This document shows positions 49,828-63,004 of a DNA stretch of 64,000 bases, in pieces (the first letter of the stretch is position 1; each line of letters begins with the position of its first letter). A program made the translations under genes and the position numbers. The DNA is taken from positions 1,472,001 to 1,536,000 of the forward strand of contig CM000153.2 of NCBI GenBank assembly GCA_000004695.1, given 5' to 3'. Below the pieces are notes generated by a model. That model had not been told where the DNA came from. It saw nothing but the letters and a program-made list of their open reading frames with translations, and did not search any database. The DNA is from Dictyostelium discoideum. Its lineage: Eukaryota.

Positions 49828-51257
49828 TTATTACTCACACACTTTCGTTTTTTCATTTTTATAATTTTTATTTTTATTATTTTTATAATTTTTATAATTT
49901 TTATTTTTAGTGTGTTGAAATTATTAATAATTATGGTGTTTTAATGGTTAGATTATTAATTAATAGAGAAAGTCCAGAAAATGTATGTTTAATGATGGAA
50001 TTATGTTCAAAATCATCAAGTGAATTAATAATGCCAATTAATGTTGTTGCTGTTGGAGATGAAGTAGATAATGTTGAAGGAAGTGGAGAATGTTTAGTTT
50101 GTGAATTTATTTCAGAAAAGATTGTAACTTATTTAGAAGCAAATCAAACTGAAACTCAAATTTTACAATATTTAGATAACGATTGTAAACTCCTTAAATC
50201 TGATAACTGGATTTCAACATGTCAAAATTTAATTCAAGAATATGAACCACAAATTATTGCAGTTGTTGAAGGATTCATGGCACCAAGTGAACTTTGTCAA
50301 AAAATTAAATTCTGTTCATCATCATCATCAACCAATGATTTCGATTTTATTGGTAGTAGTACAACTGATTGTGAAATTTGTACATTTATTTCAGGATATG
50401 CTGAAAATTTCTTGGAAGAAAATAAAACACTTGAAGATATAATTAAAGTTGTTGATGATTTCTGTAAAATTCTTCCAGCTGCTTATAAAACTGATTGTGT
50501 AGCTATGGCTTCTAATTATATTCCAGCAATTATTAAAATGTTGGAAAATGATAATTCACCAGGTCAAGTTTGTCAAAAACTTAATCTTTGTCCAGCACCA
50601 ACTCCAACTTCAACACCTTCAACAATCAAGATTGATGTGAATATTAATAAATGTGAAATTTGTGAAACTGTAATTGGTTTTGCTGAAAAATATTTAGGTT
50701 CAGCATTAGATTCTCAAACTGTAAAGACATTCCTCCAAAATGAATGTAACAAACTTCCAGGTGTTGTTGGTGATGTTTGTAATGAAGTTGTAAATGAATA
50801 TCTTGAATTTGCAGTCACTCAACTCGAAGCTAAATTTAACCCAACTGAAATTTGTCAATTATTTTCATTCTGTACTGCTGGATCTGAATCATCAGATGCA
50901 TCTGAAATCAAAATTAATAACAACTCATATATTGATTGTCAAATTTGTGAAGTTTTAGCAAATTTCGTAGTCTATGATAAGAATTATACAACTCATTTCG
51001 AAGATAAACTCAATAAATTATGTAGTTGTTTATCTCGTAGTTTAATTGAACCATGTCTTAACTTTGTTTCACAATATGGTTCTGATCTTGTACAAATCAT
51101 CGTTCAAGGTGGTGAATCAGCTGCTGAGGCTTGTAATCAAATAGCTCAATGTCCAACCTCTTCAAGTTCATCATACTCTGGTTCTGCTTCAGGTGCTTCC
51201 TCAGGTTCTGCTTCAGGTTCTGCCTCAGGTTCTGGTTCAGGTGGTTATTTATTCTAA
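49553..51257 (+). CDS. Saposin-B domain protein (prosaposin/amoebapore-like, Apl-type) with five SapB domains and a Gly/Ser-rich C-terminal tail; exons 49553..49774, 49911..51257
   Basis: The signal peptide is MKSIFLICLLVIASLFIGNSFA. The first SapB domain is split by the intron (CEMCNFVTGWAEEFVTKNATEQEIIQKLEDACNILPKEYAQD|GTATTT ... AG|CVEIINNYGVLMVRLLINRESPENVCLMMELC) and restores the 6-Cys pattern. There are four more SapB units: CLVCEFISEKIV..C..C..C; CEICTFISGYAENFLEENKTLEDIIKVVDDFCKILP..; CEICETVIGFAEKYL..; CQICEVLANFVVY... The tail is SGSASGASSGSASGSASGSGSGGYLF. Confidence 0.75.
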
Positions 51258-51364
51258 AAAAAAAAAAAAAAAAAAACTTTAAAAACTTTTAAAAACAAAT
51301 AATAAACACAAATACTTTTTTTAAAAATATTTTACATAATTATATTTATTTCTATATTTTTTTT

Positions 51365-51980
51365 TTATTTTGAAGAAACTAATGAAAAAGTTGTATCTAT
51401 TGATGATTTCATATTTAAAATTTTAAAATTATTTTTTTGAAAGAATTCATTTTTTTCAGGGATTGAATAAACTTTTAATTGATCAATTGAATCACCAAAA
51501 CCTAAACAACCATGTTGACCAAAACCCCAACCGTAAAATATACCATTTCCATTCTCATTAATTGGTAATGAAACACAATGATCCGATCCAAATGAAATAT
51601 GTCTAGTACCAGTACTATTGGTTAATGTATTTAATAAAGTTGGAATTAATAAATCATCTTTTTGATTTGAACCTAACCCTAATTTACCATCACCACTCGA
51701 GCCCCAAATATAAACATTATTATCAGATAAGATTGCAGCAGAAACACAAGAACCACATGAAATATCTAAAACTTTTAAATTATTTGGAATTTTAATCTTT
51801 GTAATTGGTGAAACTTTTGTTTTAATTCCAGTACCACATTGACCATGCTGATTTGAACCCCATGATAATAATTCACCATCTGATGTTAATAATAATGTAT
51901 GACCCCATCCACTTGATAATTTTTTAATTTCAATATTATTTAATGATTTATTTTCAATTGGTTCAATAATTAATTTACCA

Positions 51981-52011
<31 letters not shown>

Positions 52012-52669
52012 GTAGAATTCCATTACATTGACCACGATCATTCATTCCAAATATATAAACACCATTATCAACTGTTGAAACTATTGAAAAATCAAAACCA
52101 CATGAAATTGCATTGACTTTTTTGCCTTTTAAAATTTCAATTTCTTTTGGTTGATTAATAGTTTCAACAATAGAATCTTTATTATTATTATTAGGGATAT
52201 GACCACATTGTATTCTTGAATTCCAACCAAACGAATAAGTTTTATTATTATTTGTTGATATTATTGTATGAAATGAACCACATTCAACATTTTCAATTTT
52301 AATTTCTTCTTCTTTTCCTTGTTGTTGTTGTTGTTGTTGTTGGAATATTAATTTATTTTCTATTGGTTTAAAATGATTTATAAAATTACCTAATCCTAAT
52401 TGACCAAATTTATTTTCACCCCAAACATGAATGCTATTATCTTTTACAAGTAATGCATGATAAGATCCAGTTTTAATTTTATCATTCTCTGTTAAAATAA
52501 TATCTTTGTCGAATTCGATTTGTTTTGGTGTGAATTGCTCAACTACCTTATCACCTAATCCCAATTGACCACACCAACCACTACCAAATGAAAATAGTTT
52601 TATACCATTAGATAATGATGATGTTTGATTTGTATTTTTAATTAAACTTTTAAAACTTAATTTAAACAT
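51365..52669 (-). CDS. RCC1 (regulator of chromosome condensation) repeat protein, single exon, 434 aa
   Basis: It carries at least six RCC1 blades: SFGSGWCGQLGLGD, VWGENKFGQLGLGN, SFGWNSRIQCGH, IFGMNDRGQCNG, SWGSNQHGQCGTG, IWGSSGDGKLGLG, YGWGFGQHGCLGFGD. Confidence 0.8.
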
Positions 52670-53707
52670 TTCCTTTTTTTAAAAATTGAAAAATAAAAAA
52701 AGGTTGAGAAAAATGAAGCCTAAAAAAATTTAAAAAACATAAAACGAAAAAAAAAATGTGAAAAATTTATTTTTGTTTAGAAAAAATAGTATTGTTTTTT
52801 TTTTTTATGCACCTACCCCTATTAAAATAACTATTTAGCAAAAGTAATTGGCAATCATTTATCAATATTCAAATTTGACATAAAAAATAAATAAATAAAT
52901 ATACCAATTAAACCATATCAATTATTTGTTTTTTTTTTTTTTTTTTTTTTCTGGAAATATTTTTTAAATAAAATATATTCCTCTGGTTGTTCTTCAAAAT
53001 AAAAAAAACAATTACAAAAATGAATGATATCATTTTTGGTAAATTAAAATTTATATTTAATTTTAAATTTTAAATTTTTTGGTTAAAAAAAAAAAAAAAA
53101 CAGAATGACTATATTCATTTTTTTTTAAAAAAAAAAAAAAAAAAAACAGAATGACTATATTCATTTTTTTTTTATTTCTATTTATATTATTTTGTGTATT
53201 TTTGAGAGTTCTAGTTATCTATAGTCAATTCCAAAAAAAATAAAATAAAATAAAATAAATAAAAAAAATTAAAATAAATAAAAAAAAATAAATAAAAAAA
53301 AATAAATAAATAATTAAATAAATAATTTTTTTATTTTTTTTATTTTTATTTTTATTTTTTTATTCATCATTATTTCATTTTTAAAATTAAATAATTTAAT
53401 TAAATTTGTATAAAAAACCTTTTTTAAATTTTTTTTTTTAATTTTTTTTTTTAATATTTGAATAAAAAAGTGAGAAAAATTTCTTTCGTTTCGCTAAAAT
53501 TAAAAAAAAAATAAAAAAAAAAAAAAAAAAAAATTAAAAAAAACTTTTGTCGTATTCTTTTTTTTTTTTTTTTTTTATTTTTTTAAATTTCCATTCAGTT
53601 ATTTTTATTTTATTTTTTTATTTTTTTATTTTTTTTCTATTTCGGATATATATAAATTAATTAATTAATTAAATTAATTAAATTAATTAATTGGAAAAAA
53701 AAAAAAA

Positions 53708-56700
53708 ATGAAGAATATTACAAGATTGTCAGAATTTAATGACTTAATTGTTGATGGTAATGGAGATTTTAAATTATTTTCAATTGATCAACAAAGTAAT
53801 GTAGTATACTTTATAACCGAGAATAATCAATTAATTATTTATTCACCATCAACCAAAAAGGTTTCAATGAGAATTGAATTAGATGAACAAGATATATTAA
53901 GTGAAGGTGCTAAAGTCATCTCAATTCAATTCATTCCTGATTTAGATGCTGTTTGTATGGCTTCAAATAAAGGTGATATTTTAATGTATTCAACTTCAAA
54001 TGGTGAAGTAAGTAAAAAAATTAAAAAATAAAAATTAAAAAAAATAAAAATAATTAAATATATATCTGACCCCCCCCCCCCCCCCCTTTACCAATTTTTT
54101 TATTTTTTATTTTTTTATAGCTTGAATGTGTTGGTATTATTGGATCTGGTATTACATGTATGTCATGGAGTCCAGATTATGAATTATTTATTTTGGCAAC
54201 AGAGAGTGAAACACTTATTCAAATGACAAAAGATTGGGAAATGATTAATGAAGTTTCAATTAATTCATATTTACCAGGTAAACCAAAAACAGCAACAACA
54301 ACAACTAATAATAATAATTCAAAAAATATAAATAAAATACCAATTATAACATGGAGAGGTGATGGTCAATATTTTGCATGTAGTAGTTATGAAGAGGATA
54401 TTGGTAAAATTCAATTAAGAATTTGGGAAAGATCATTACAATTACATAGTATGAATGAATCAGATGTTACAGGATTAGAGAATCAAATTTCATGGAGACC
54501 AAATGGTTCAATGATTGCAGTTAGTCAAAGATTAGAACAAACCAGACATGATATATCATTCTTTGAAAGAAATGGTTTAAAACATGGTGAATTTACATTA
54601 AGAAGTAAAGGTGAAATTCAATCGATTCAATGGTCAAGTGATTCAGAGATTTTAGGTATTCAATTATATTTAGAGGATGAAAAAAGATCAGTATTACAAT
54701 TATGGCATCGTAGTAATTATTATTGGTTTTTAAAACAAGAGATTCAATGCGGTGATAGTAATAATAATAATACTAATGAAAGAATTGTAAATATTCAATG
54801 GGATTTATCATCACCAATTGTTCGTGTATTAACACAAATTGGTCGTTTTAGTGAATATCGTCTTTGTTGGGATTATGATGTTTCTCAAGGTTCAAGTGAA
54901 AATAATCCAACCACTGTTGTAATGGTAGATGGTAATCAATTGAAATTGACACCATTCCGTCGTTTGGTTGTCCCACCACCAATGTCGGCCTACTCTATTG
55001 AACTACCTGATAGATTGAATTGTTTGGGTTTTTCATTCAATCAAAGTACCTATCAATTATCAGTAATGGTCGATCAATCTATACTCATTTATACACCAGC
55101 AACACTACCACCAACACCAAAGGCCACACTACCAAAGATTAAATCGGCCAATGGTTTATTAGCACCATTACCATCGGATTTTAAAGCAAACTTACCAAAT
55201 TATTCAATTGCTCCAACATTAACCTCTAGAGTGGTAATTGATAGATCCAAATTACAACTCCACAAAATTCGTCATTTCCTTTGGTTAAACGCCTCAACAT
55301 TCATTGGTGTCGAGAGTAAAACTAATCAAAATTCAGATTCAATCGTTGAGATTGTTTTCAATGTTTCTAGTGGTGAACTCGAGAATATCTATCGTACAAG
55401 TGTTTCAACAAAGATCTTACGTTTAACTCATCATTTACAATCATTGGATCAATGTTTATTTGAAAGTATAGATGGTTATCTTCACCTTTACAATTGTTCA
55501 ACATCAGCATCATCAGGTGGTAATTTAGAACAACCAACTTCAATCTCACCATTCATCTATCAAGAGAATATCTTTAAGTTTCCAACACCATGTCCATGGT
55601 TTTCATCTTGTACAATCAATCAAGAGGATTCAGTCGTTGGTTTAAATGATAGAAATAAACTTTACATCAATCAAAGTTTACTTTGCACAGATTGTAATTC
55701 ATTTGCACTTCACAATAAATTCCTATTGTTCACCACAGTATCACATGTACTTAGATCAGTATCATTATTAGCACCACCACCAACTCAACCATTAACCTAC
55801 GTCCCAGTTTCAAATGTAATTGGTAATTATGTCGGTCATAAATCGCAAGCATTACAACAGCAATCGAATTACGATGATTCAATCAGAGATGTTGAAAGAG
55901 GTTCACGTATCGTTGCAGTTGTACCACACGATACTCGTTTAGTACTTCAAATGCCAAGAGGTAATTTAGAGGCCATTTCACCACGTTCACTCACTTTAGC
56001 AACCATTCGTGAAATGATTAACAACCATCAATACCTTTCTGCCTTCTTAACAATGCGTAGAAATCGTATCGATATGAACTTTATTTACGATCATAATCCA
56101 ACCGATTTCATTCGTCATATTGAAGAGTTTGTTGACCAAATTCAACAAATCGACTATTTAAATCTTTTCATCTCTTCATTACGTGATGAAGATACCACCA
56201 AAACCCTATTCATTGATTTAGAGACTAAACATTTATTACCACCAACCAATGTGGTTAAACCATCCTCCATCGTTGTTGGTAAGGTTAATTTAGTATGTGA
56301 CTCATTGCGTAAGGTATTTATGGAGAAGGATTCAATCAAATTCAATTTACCAATCCTTACAACCTATGTAAAGAAATCACCACCTGAATTGGATCAAGTC
56401 TTACGTTTAATTCAATCATTACGTGGTGAAGAAATCAATGAACAAGGTGAAACCATCGTTAATCGTTTGGCAGAGGAATCATTAGATTACATTGTTTTCT
56501 TGGTTGATGTTAATAAACTCTACGATATTGCTTTGGGTACATACGATTTTGAATTGGTGATTATGGTTGCTCAAAAATCTCAAAAAGATCCAAAAGAATA
56601 TATCCCATTCCTTCAAGAACTTCAAAAGATGGAGAAATTCTATCAACGTTATTCAATCGATAAATATTTATCACGTTGGGAATTAGCACTTTATAATCTT

Positions 56701-57993
56701 TCAAGAGCTGGTAAAAAATATCAACAAGATTGTTTAGATTTAATTATTTCAAATAAAATTTATAAAGAAGCATTAGTTAATTATGGTGGTAGTGCTGCCG
56801 ATAGTGACGATAATTTAATTGAAGAAAAAGATGAAATGTTTAAAAAAGTTTTAAATATTTATGGTGATTATTTATTAGAATCTAATCAATTTGAAGATGC
56901 CGCCTATTTATTCTTACAAGCCAATCAAGAAAAGAAATCAATCAATGCATTTAGAGATGCAGGTTTATGGGAAAATGCAATCTCTCAAGCCAATAAATTA
57001 TCCTATACAAAGGAACAATTGAATCAATTGGTCATTGAATTATCGGAAATCTTAAAACGTAATTCAAAATTCCAACAAGCTGCTCAATGTTTAGAGAAAT
57101 TCCAACTTATTGATCAAGCAATTCATATGTATTGTGAAGGTTATTATTTTAATGAAGCATTATTATTGTCATCATCATCATCATCATCTAATCAAGAAGA
57201 AGAACAACAAATTAAAATTAAAAAATCATTATTAGATTCATTATCAAATCAAATTAATGAAATTAATAATAATTTTGAAAAATATGAAAAGATGTCAACT
57301 AGAATTGTAATTGTTCGTACAAATAAATTAAATTATGTACCATTGTTATTACCAAGAGGTCAAGGTGATTTTGAAACTGGTTCAATGATGTCTGGTATGA
57401 GTGGTATGTTTAGTGAAGGTGGTATGTCAGTTAATAGTGCTCTATCGAATGTTACTACCTCTTCTTATGTTTCAACTTATTCTCAACAAACTGGAACCTT
57501 TTCAACCGCTACTAAAACTCGTTTAAAAAAGAAAGATAAGAAGCAAAAACCTCAAAAAGTTCGTATCACCGGTAAAGAAGGTTCACCATATGAAGAGGAT
57601 TATTTAGTTGATCAAATGAAGAAATTAATTCCTTCCTCATCTCAACAAGAATCAATTGGTCGTATCATTAAAGGTTTGGTTCTTTTAGGTCTCTTTAATG
57701 ATGCTCGTCAATTATCAACTCTTTATCAAAAATATTTAAATCTTATCGATTCTTCTTTAGATGATTTATCTGCTTCTGCTACTGCTATCTTACCAGAAAA
57801 TAAAAAAGAAAAAGAAAGAGAACAAAGATTACAATTAGAACAATTAGAAGAACAACAACAACAACAACAATCACAACAACAACAACAACAACAACAAACT
57901 TCAACTACTTCTAATAATAAGATTATAACATTAAATATTAAACAAGTAGTAGTTTCAAGAGATAAACCAAATTGGAATTTAACAATTTTTTAA
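53708..57993 (+). CDS. elp1: Elongator complex subunit 1 (ELP1/IKBKAP); exons 53708..54007, 54121..57993
   Basis: Exon 1 is MKNITRLSEFNDLIVDGNGDFKLFSIDQQSNVVYFITENNQLIIYSPSTKKVSMRIELDE..GDILMYSTSNGE|GTAAGT. Exon 2 is LECVGIIGSGITCMSWSPDYELFILATESETLIQMTKDWEMI..., collinear with human ELP1 (..[42 protein letters not shown]..; VTWRGDGQFFAVS vs ITWRGDGQYFACS; FFEKNGLLHGHFTL vs FFERNGLKHGEFTL). The product is about 1390 aa. Confidence 0.85.
54070..54086. repeat. C17 homopolymer inside the ELP1 intron
   Basis: The intron sequence is tatatctgaCCCCCCCCCCCCCCCCCtttacc in a roughly 85% AT context. Confidence 0.9.
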
Positions 57994-58926
57994 ACAAATA
58001 AATAAAATAAATAATTAAAAAAAAAAATAATAATAACCTCGTCCCAATTCGGGATATGTTCTTGTTTTAATTTTTATTTATGTATTTTTGTTTGTATTAT
58101 TTTTTTATTTATATTAATATAATTAGTGTTGAACGAGTAGTAATGAATTAGATGTTCAGGTGCATAAGTTTTCATTAACTCAGAGTTCCACACACATAGA
58201 TAAATTTTTCTAAATATTTTAATTATTTCTGTGTTTTCTCTAATTGAGGATCTTTAATCTGCATTATTCAAAGATGATCAAAAAAATATTGATGGTTTTG
58301 GAACACATTTCTCTACACCAATTTACATCCATCAAATTAACTATTATAAATTGATTTGAATTTATCATATAATCTTTTTAAGATTCTGAAAAAAAAAAAA
58401 AAATTTTTTTGTTATTATAGATATTAAAATTTCGACGTTAAGGCGATTAAAAGTAATTCATGAGGAGGTGGTTCTGGCAGCTTTTTTTTAATTATATTTT
58501 TTTTTCTATGCAACACCCCTTTTTGTTATAACACCCTATGGGGTTTAATTTATTTTTTTTTTTTTTTTTTTTATTTTATTTTATGTGGTTTATATTAAAA
58601 AGATATTTCTGTTTACCACACTTCTAAATTAATTCGATTTAGGAAAGTTTTAATAAAAAAATTAAAATTTAAATTACTTAGGATTTAATTAAAAAAAAAA
58701 AGAAAAAAAATAAAAAAAAAAGAAAAAAAAAGGATATATCTGATATAACCAAAATTAAAAAAAAAAAAATAAAGGATATTAAACTATTTTCTCTCTAATA
58801 TTTGTATTTTTTTTTCTATTTTTTTTTTTTTTTTTTTTTTAAAATTCTTTTCTTTACTTAATTTCCAAAAATTATTAATAAATTATCAATTGAGATAATG
58901 GAATTATTATACCAAAATTAATTATA

Positions 58927-58961
<35 letters not shown>

Positions 58962-58964
<3 letters not shown>

Positions 58965-60138
58965 AATCTTCTATATTTTAGGATTTTCATATTATTTTTT
59001 ATTTTAATATTAGTATTAAATACTAATGGTCAAATTAATAATAAACCAATTTTAAGATTTAAAAAAGATAAAACTTTTAAAATTGTTCAATTTACTGATA
59101 TGCATTATGGATCAGGTTCTCAAAAAGATATTGATACTGTAGAAATGCAAGGTAAATATTTATATCTAAATTTTATTTTTAAATAAAAATAAATTAATTA
59201 ATAATTGATATTATTTTTAAAATTAAGAAAATGTTTTGGAAATTGAAAAACCAGATTTTGTTATGTTTTCAGGTGATATGATATCTGGATATTTACCAAT
59301 ATTTTCATTAGATATAAGATTTTATGATTATTATTGGGAGAAATTTACAGCGCCATTAATAAAAAGAAATATACCCTGGGCAATTACAATGGGTAATCAT
59401 GATGCACAGGGACCATTGATTTCATCAGATTTAGTAGTGAAAGATCAACAATTTCAATTATCATTATCTCAATTAGGTCCAAATGGAATTCATGGTGCTT
59501 CAAATTACTATTTAAATGTTTTTTCATCGGATTACAATGAAACAACCTCTGAAAATCCATTATCGGATAGGGATAAATATATATCATCATTGATTTATAT
59601 TTTCGATTCTGATACTAAACAATGTAATAAATTAGATTGGGGTTGTGTTCATGAGGATCAAGTAGACTGGTTTAAAAATGTATCAAAATCAAATAATAGA
59701 AAGAATTCTGTATCATTTATTCATATACCTCCAATTGAAGTTATTGATCTTTGGAATCGTCATGATAAAGTTTACGGTTCATTCGATGAGAAATCTTGTT
59801 GTTTTAATAATAAAAAATCAAGATTTGTAAAAGCATTATTGGAAAATAAAGATGTTAAAGGATTATATTTTGGACATGACCATAAAAATGATTTTCATGG
59901 TGATTATCATGGAATGGATATGGGATATGGTAGAAAATCAGGTGCTGGATCATATAGCTCAGAGAAACCATTAGGTGCCAGAGTCATTGAATTAACTGAA
60001 AATCCATTCACATTAAATACCTGGATAAGAGAAACAAATGGAAATAAAATTATACAAACCAAACCTCATAAAAAACGTCATTATAGTTATGGATGTAGTT
60101 TAAAAAATAGTAATTATAAATTTAATATCAAATTATAA
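58962..60138 (+). CDS. Secreted calcineurin-like metallophosphoesterase (Dcr2/PAP-like); exons 58962..59151, 59228..60138. A possible alternative 3' end is exon 2 truncated at 60109 plus exon 3 at 60265..60422
   Basis: The signal peptide is MNLLYFRIFILFFILILVLNTNGQ. Exon 1 ends ..FKIVQFTDMHYGSGSQKDIDTVEMQ(g)|GTAAAT. The acceptor at 59227 continues ENVLEIEKPDFVMFSGDMISGY...AITMGNHD...FIHIPP...GHDHKND (phosphoesterase motifs GDxx, GNHD, GHxH). See findings for the optional C-terminal TM exon. Confidence 0.7.
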
Positions 60139-60184
60139 ATTAAATTAACCAAACTATATCAACCAAACTAATTTTATTAATTTT

Positions 60185-60215
<31 letters not shown>

Positions 60216-60511
60216 CTCCCAGAATATTCGACCAACCAAATTATTTTAATCATTTCATTTTCAGTTACATCATGTATAGTATTTTTCTCACTTATTATAT
60301 TATCATTTATTATTTTTAAAAAGTTTAAAAAAGGAAATGATAAAAAATTGAATAAATCAAATGACAATGCATTTAATAATAATAATGATATTAATAATAA
60401 TAACAAAGTTAATTCTCAATAATATTTTTGTAGAAATGTAAATAATTAATAGTTTAAAAAAATAATAAATAGTTTGTATTTTATTTGTTTATTTTGTTTT
60501 GTTTTTTGTTT

Positions 60512-61425
60512 TCAAATTGATTTTTCAACTTTATCAATTATATTTGTGGATTCTATTATAGTACATTCATTTACAGTTTTTAAGTTTAAGCTATTCATCT
60601 TATCCAATAAAGATTTGTTTATACAAAGATTATTGTTATTATTATTGTTATTGTTGTTGTCAGAGTTTATAGTATTTGATAATTTTGATTTTAAAACTTG
60701 ATAATTGTATTCTAAAACTTTTCTTTTTTGATTAATATCCGCTATACTTTCAATATTCTTTGAATCTGTCTTTAAATTGGTATTTATTGATTGTAATAAT
60801 TTTATATCTTGTTTTGTTGTTTGTATTTTATTTTTAATTTGATCATTTTCATTTATTAATTTTTGAATATTAACTCTTAAATCTTCCATCTCTTTATCAA
60901 TAATATTTGATTTATTATATAATTTTGAATTATTATTATTATTACTATGACTATTATTATTATCACTATTATTTTTATTTCTATTATTATTATTATTAAA
61001 AATATTAATTGGTTGTTGTTCATCTGGTAATATTAAATCCTCTGGTATATTTAAAATTGATGATAATAGATATTCTTCATATTTATTTAAATTTTTTGTA
61101 AAAATTTGTTCAAGTAATTCCCAAACATTATTAGTTCCCTAGATAAATTATTAAAAAAAAAAAAAAAAAGTTGGTAAATAAATAATAAAGTTAATTTAAT
61201 ATATATATATATATATATACCTCTTGTATTAATTGTTTAAATTCTTGATTATTATTAAATAAAGGATGGCCTAATAAACAACTTTCAATGAAATCTGCGC
61301 TATCTGCACAATAGTCGTGTGTTGATTCATGAACGTCATCAATGAAACTATATGGGTGAAATTTAAAAAAGTCTGCTTCTCGCTTTAAATGATTTTCATC
61401 ATATAATAAACTATCTTCGTTATTA

Positions 61426-61501
<76 letters not shown>

Positions 61502-61541
61502 CTTTTAATTCTTTATCTTTATTATCATTATTTTCATTCAT
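60512..61541 (-). CDS. Hypothetical coiled-coil protein with poly-N tracts; exons (minus) 61541..61221, 61138..60512
   Basis: Exon 1 is MNENNDNKDKELKD(N)n EDSLLYDENHLKREADFFKFHPYSFIDDVHESTHDYCADSADFIESCLLGHPLFNNNQEFKQLIQE|GTATAT, where the donor lies in a (TA)n run. The acceptor CTAG| at 61139 continues GTNNVWELLEQIFTKNLNKYEEYLLSSILNIPEDLILPDEQQPINIF...MEDLRVNIQKLINENDQIKNKIQTTKQDIKLLQS.., equal to ORF 60512-60889. The frames match. Confidence 0.55.
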
Positions 61542-61587
61542 TTTCTATTATTTGTTGTGATAAACGTTGAAATAAATTTGGAATTAA

Positions 61588-61618
<31 letters not shown>

Positions 61619-61911
61619 TGAAAAAAAAAAAAAAAAAAGGAGGGAAAAAATAAAATTGATCATGGAATATCAATGTTTAAAATTGTGATAAAAATACAAA
61701 TTTATTAATTATTATAATTTACAAATGAATTGGTTTTAGTTTTTTTTATATTATTATTATTGTTGTTTTGAAGGTTATTAATATTACTCCCCTTTTCTTT
61801 TCTCTCTATCTGTCTGTCTCTATTATTATTATTATCATTATTATTCATTATTATTTATTATTTATTATTTATTATTTATTATTTATTATAAAATTGGTTT
61901 AGTAAAATAAA

Positions 61912-62350
61912 CTACCTAAATTCATAAATTGGAAAACAATTTTCAACATCATGAAATAACTCTAAAGATTGAAATTGTTCACTTGAGACATGATAATAGT
62001 AACCTTTAATTGAACCAGTGGAACGCTGATAAGAGATATAATAGAATCCCTCATAGGAAGCACCTTCAATGGTTCTTACACGATGGTCAGGTACTAGAAA
62101 GTACTCTTTCCAACGCATGAATAAATGATCACTATTACTGAAATCTGGTTTGAATTCGTCCTTATTGAATTTATGTGAATATTCTTTTTGAAATGCTGGG
62201 AATCTCGACCAATGTTTATAATCAACTTCTACATCTGCATCCCATTTTCTCGTTAAAAATGAATATTTATCTCCAACTATTTCTGCTTCAAAAAATGTTG
62301 TTAAAACTGGATATTTCTGTTATAATAACAATAATAATAATAATAATAAT

Positions 62351-62396
<46 letters not shown>

Positions 62397-62726
62397 TTAA
62401 TATTAATAAAGGTATTTCTAAATTTATAATTATATATATAATATAAATATATTACCTCTGTCAATCCTGATATTGTTAAATAACCTGATAATATTGAATT
62501 TTTAAAATCGACATTTTTAATATCTACATGAACTGGATATGATGTTCTTTCACTTTTTTGAACTCCTGAGAAACGACTATATAAAATATATATAAAAATA
62601 ATATTAGTATATATATTTTTATTTATTATTACTATTATTTATTATTTATAATTTTTATTTTAATTTACCTTCCGGGATACAACGCAAATTTGATTTGGTC
62701 ATAGTCCTTTAATTCTTCAACTGCCA
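61912..62726 (-). CDS. GID4/VID24-family protein (glucose-induced degradation protein 4 homologue, CTLH E3 substrate receptor), 5'-incomplete model; exons (minus) ?..62669, 62576..62456, 62316..61912
   Basis: The spliced product is ..KVAVEELKDYDQIKFALYPG+S|[82 protein letters not shown]...DHLFMRWKEYFLVPDHRVRTIEGASYEGFYYISYQRSTGSIKGYYYHVSSEQFQSLELFHDV. It is nearly collinear with human GID4 ([90 protein letters not shown]...[34 protein letters not shown]). Donors are GTAAAT at 62668 and GTAATA at 62455. The initiator exon was not found, because an in-frame stop precedes the first recognised exon. Confidence 0.7.
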
Positions 62727-62902
62727 CTTTTTTAAAAATAAACCTTTGTGTTCATAAAATATATTTATGATATGAACACCTGATTTCTCTTTGAGTTTTA
62801 TTTTTTATTTTTGAAAAAAAAAAAAAAAAAATATATGTAAAATATAAAAATTAATTAGAAAAAAAAAAAATTTTTAAATAAAAAGATTTTAAATTCCCTT
62901 TT

Positions 62903-62936
<34 letters not shown>

Positions 62937-62960
62937 TTAAAAAAAGATATTTCACCTTAA

Positions 62961-63004
<44 letters not shown>

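Noticed and set aside
62744-62760. ATGAACACAAAG as the GID4 initiator with a 17-nt mini-intron
   Set aside because: An intron of about 17 nt is too short for this genome's spliceosome, and the ATG frame hits a stop after 7 codons.
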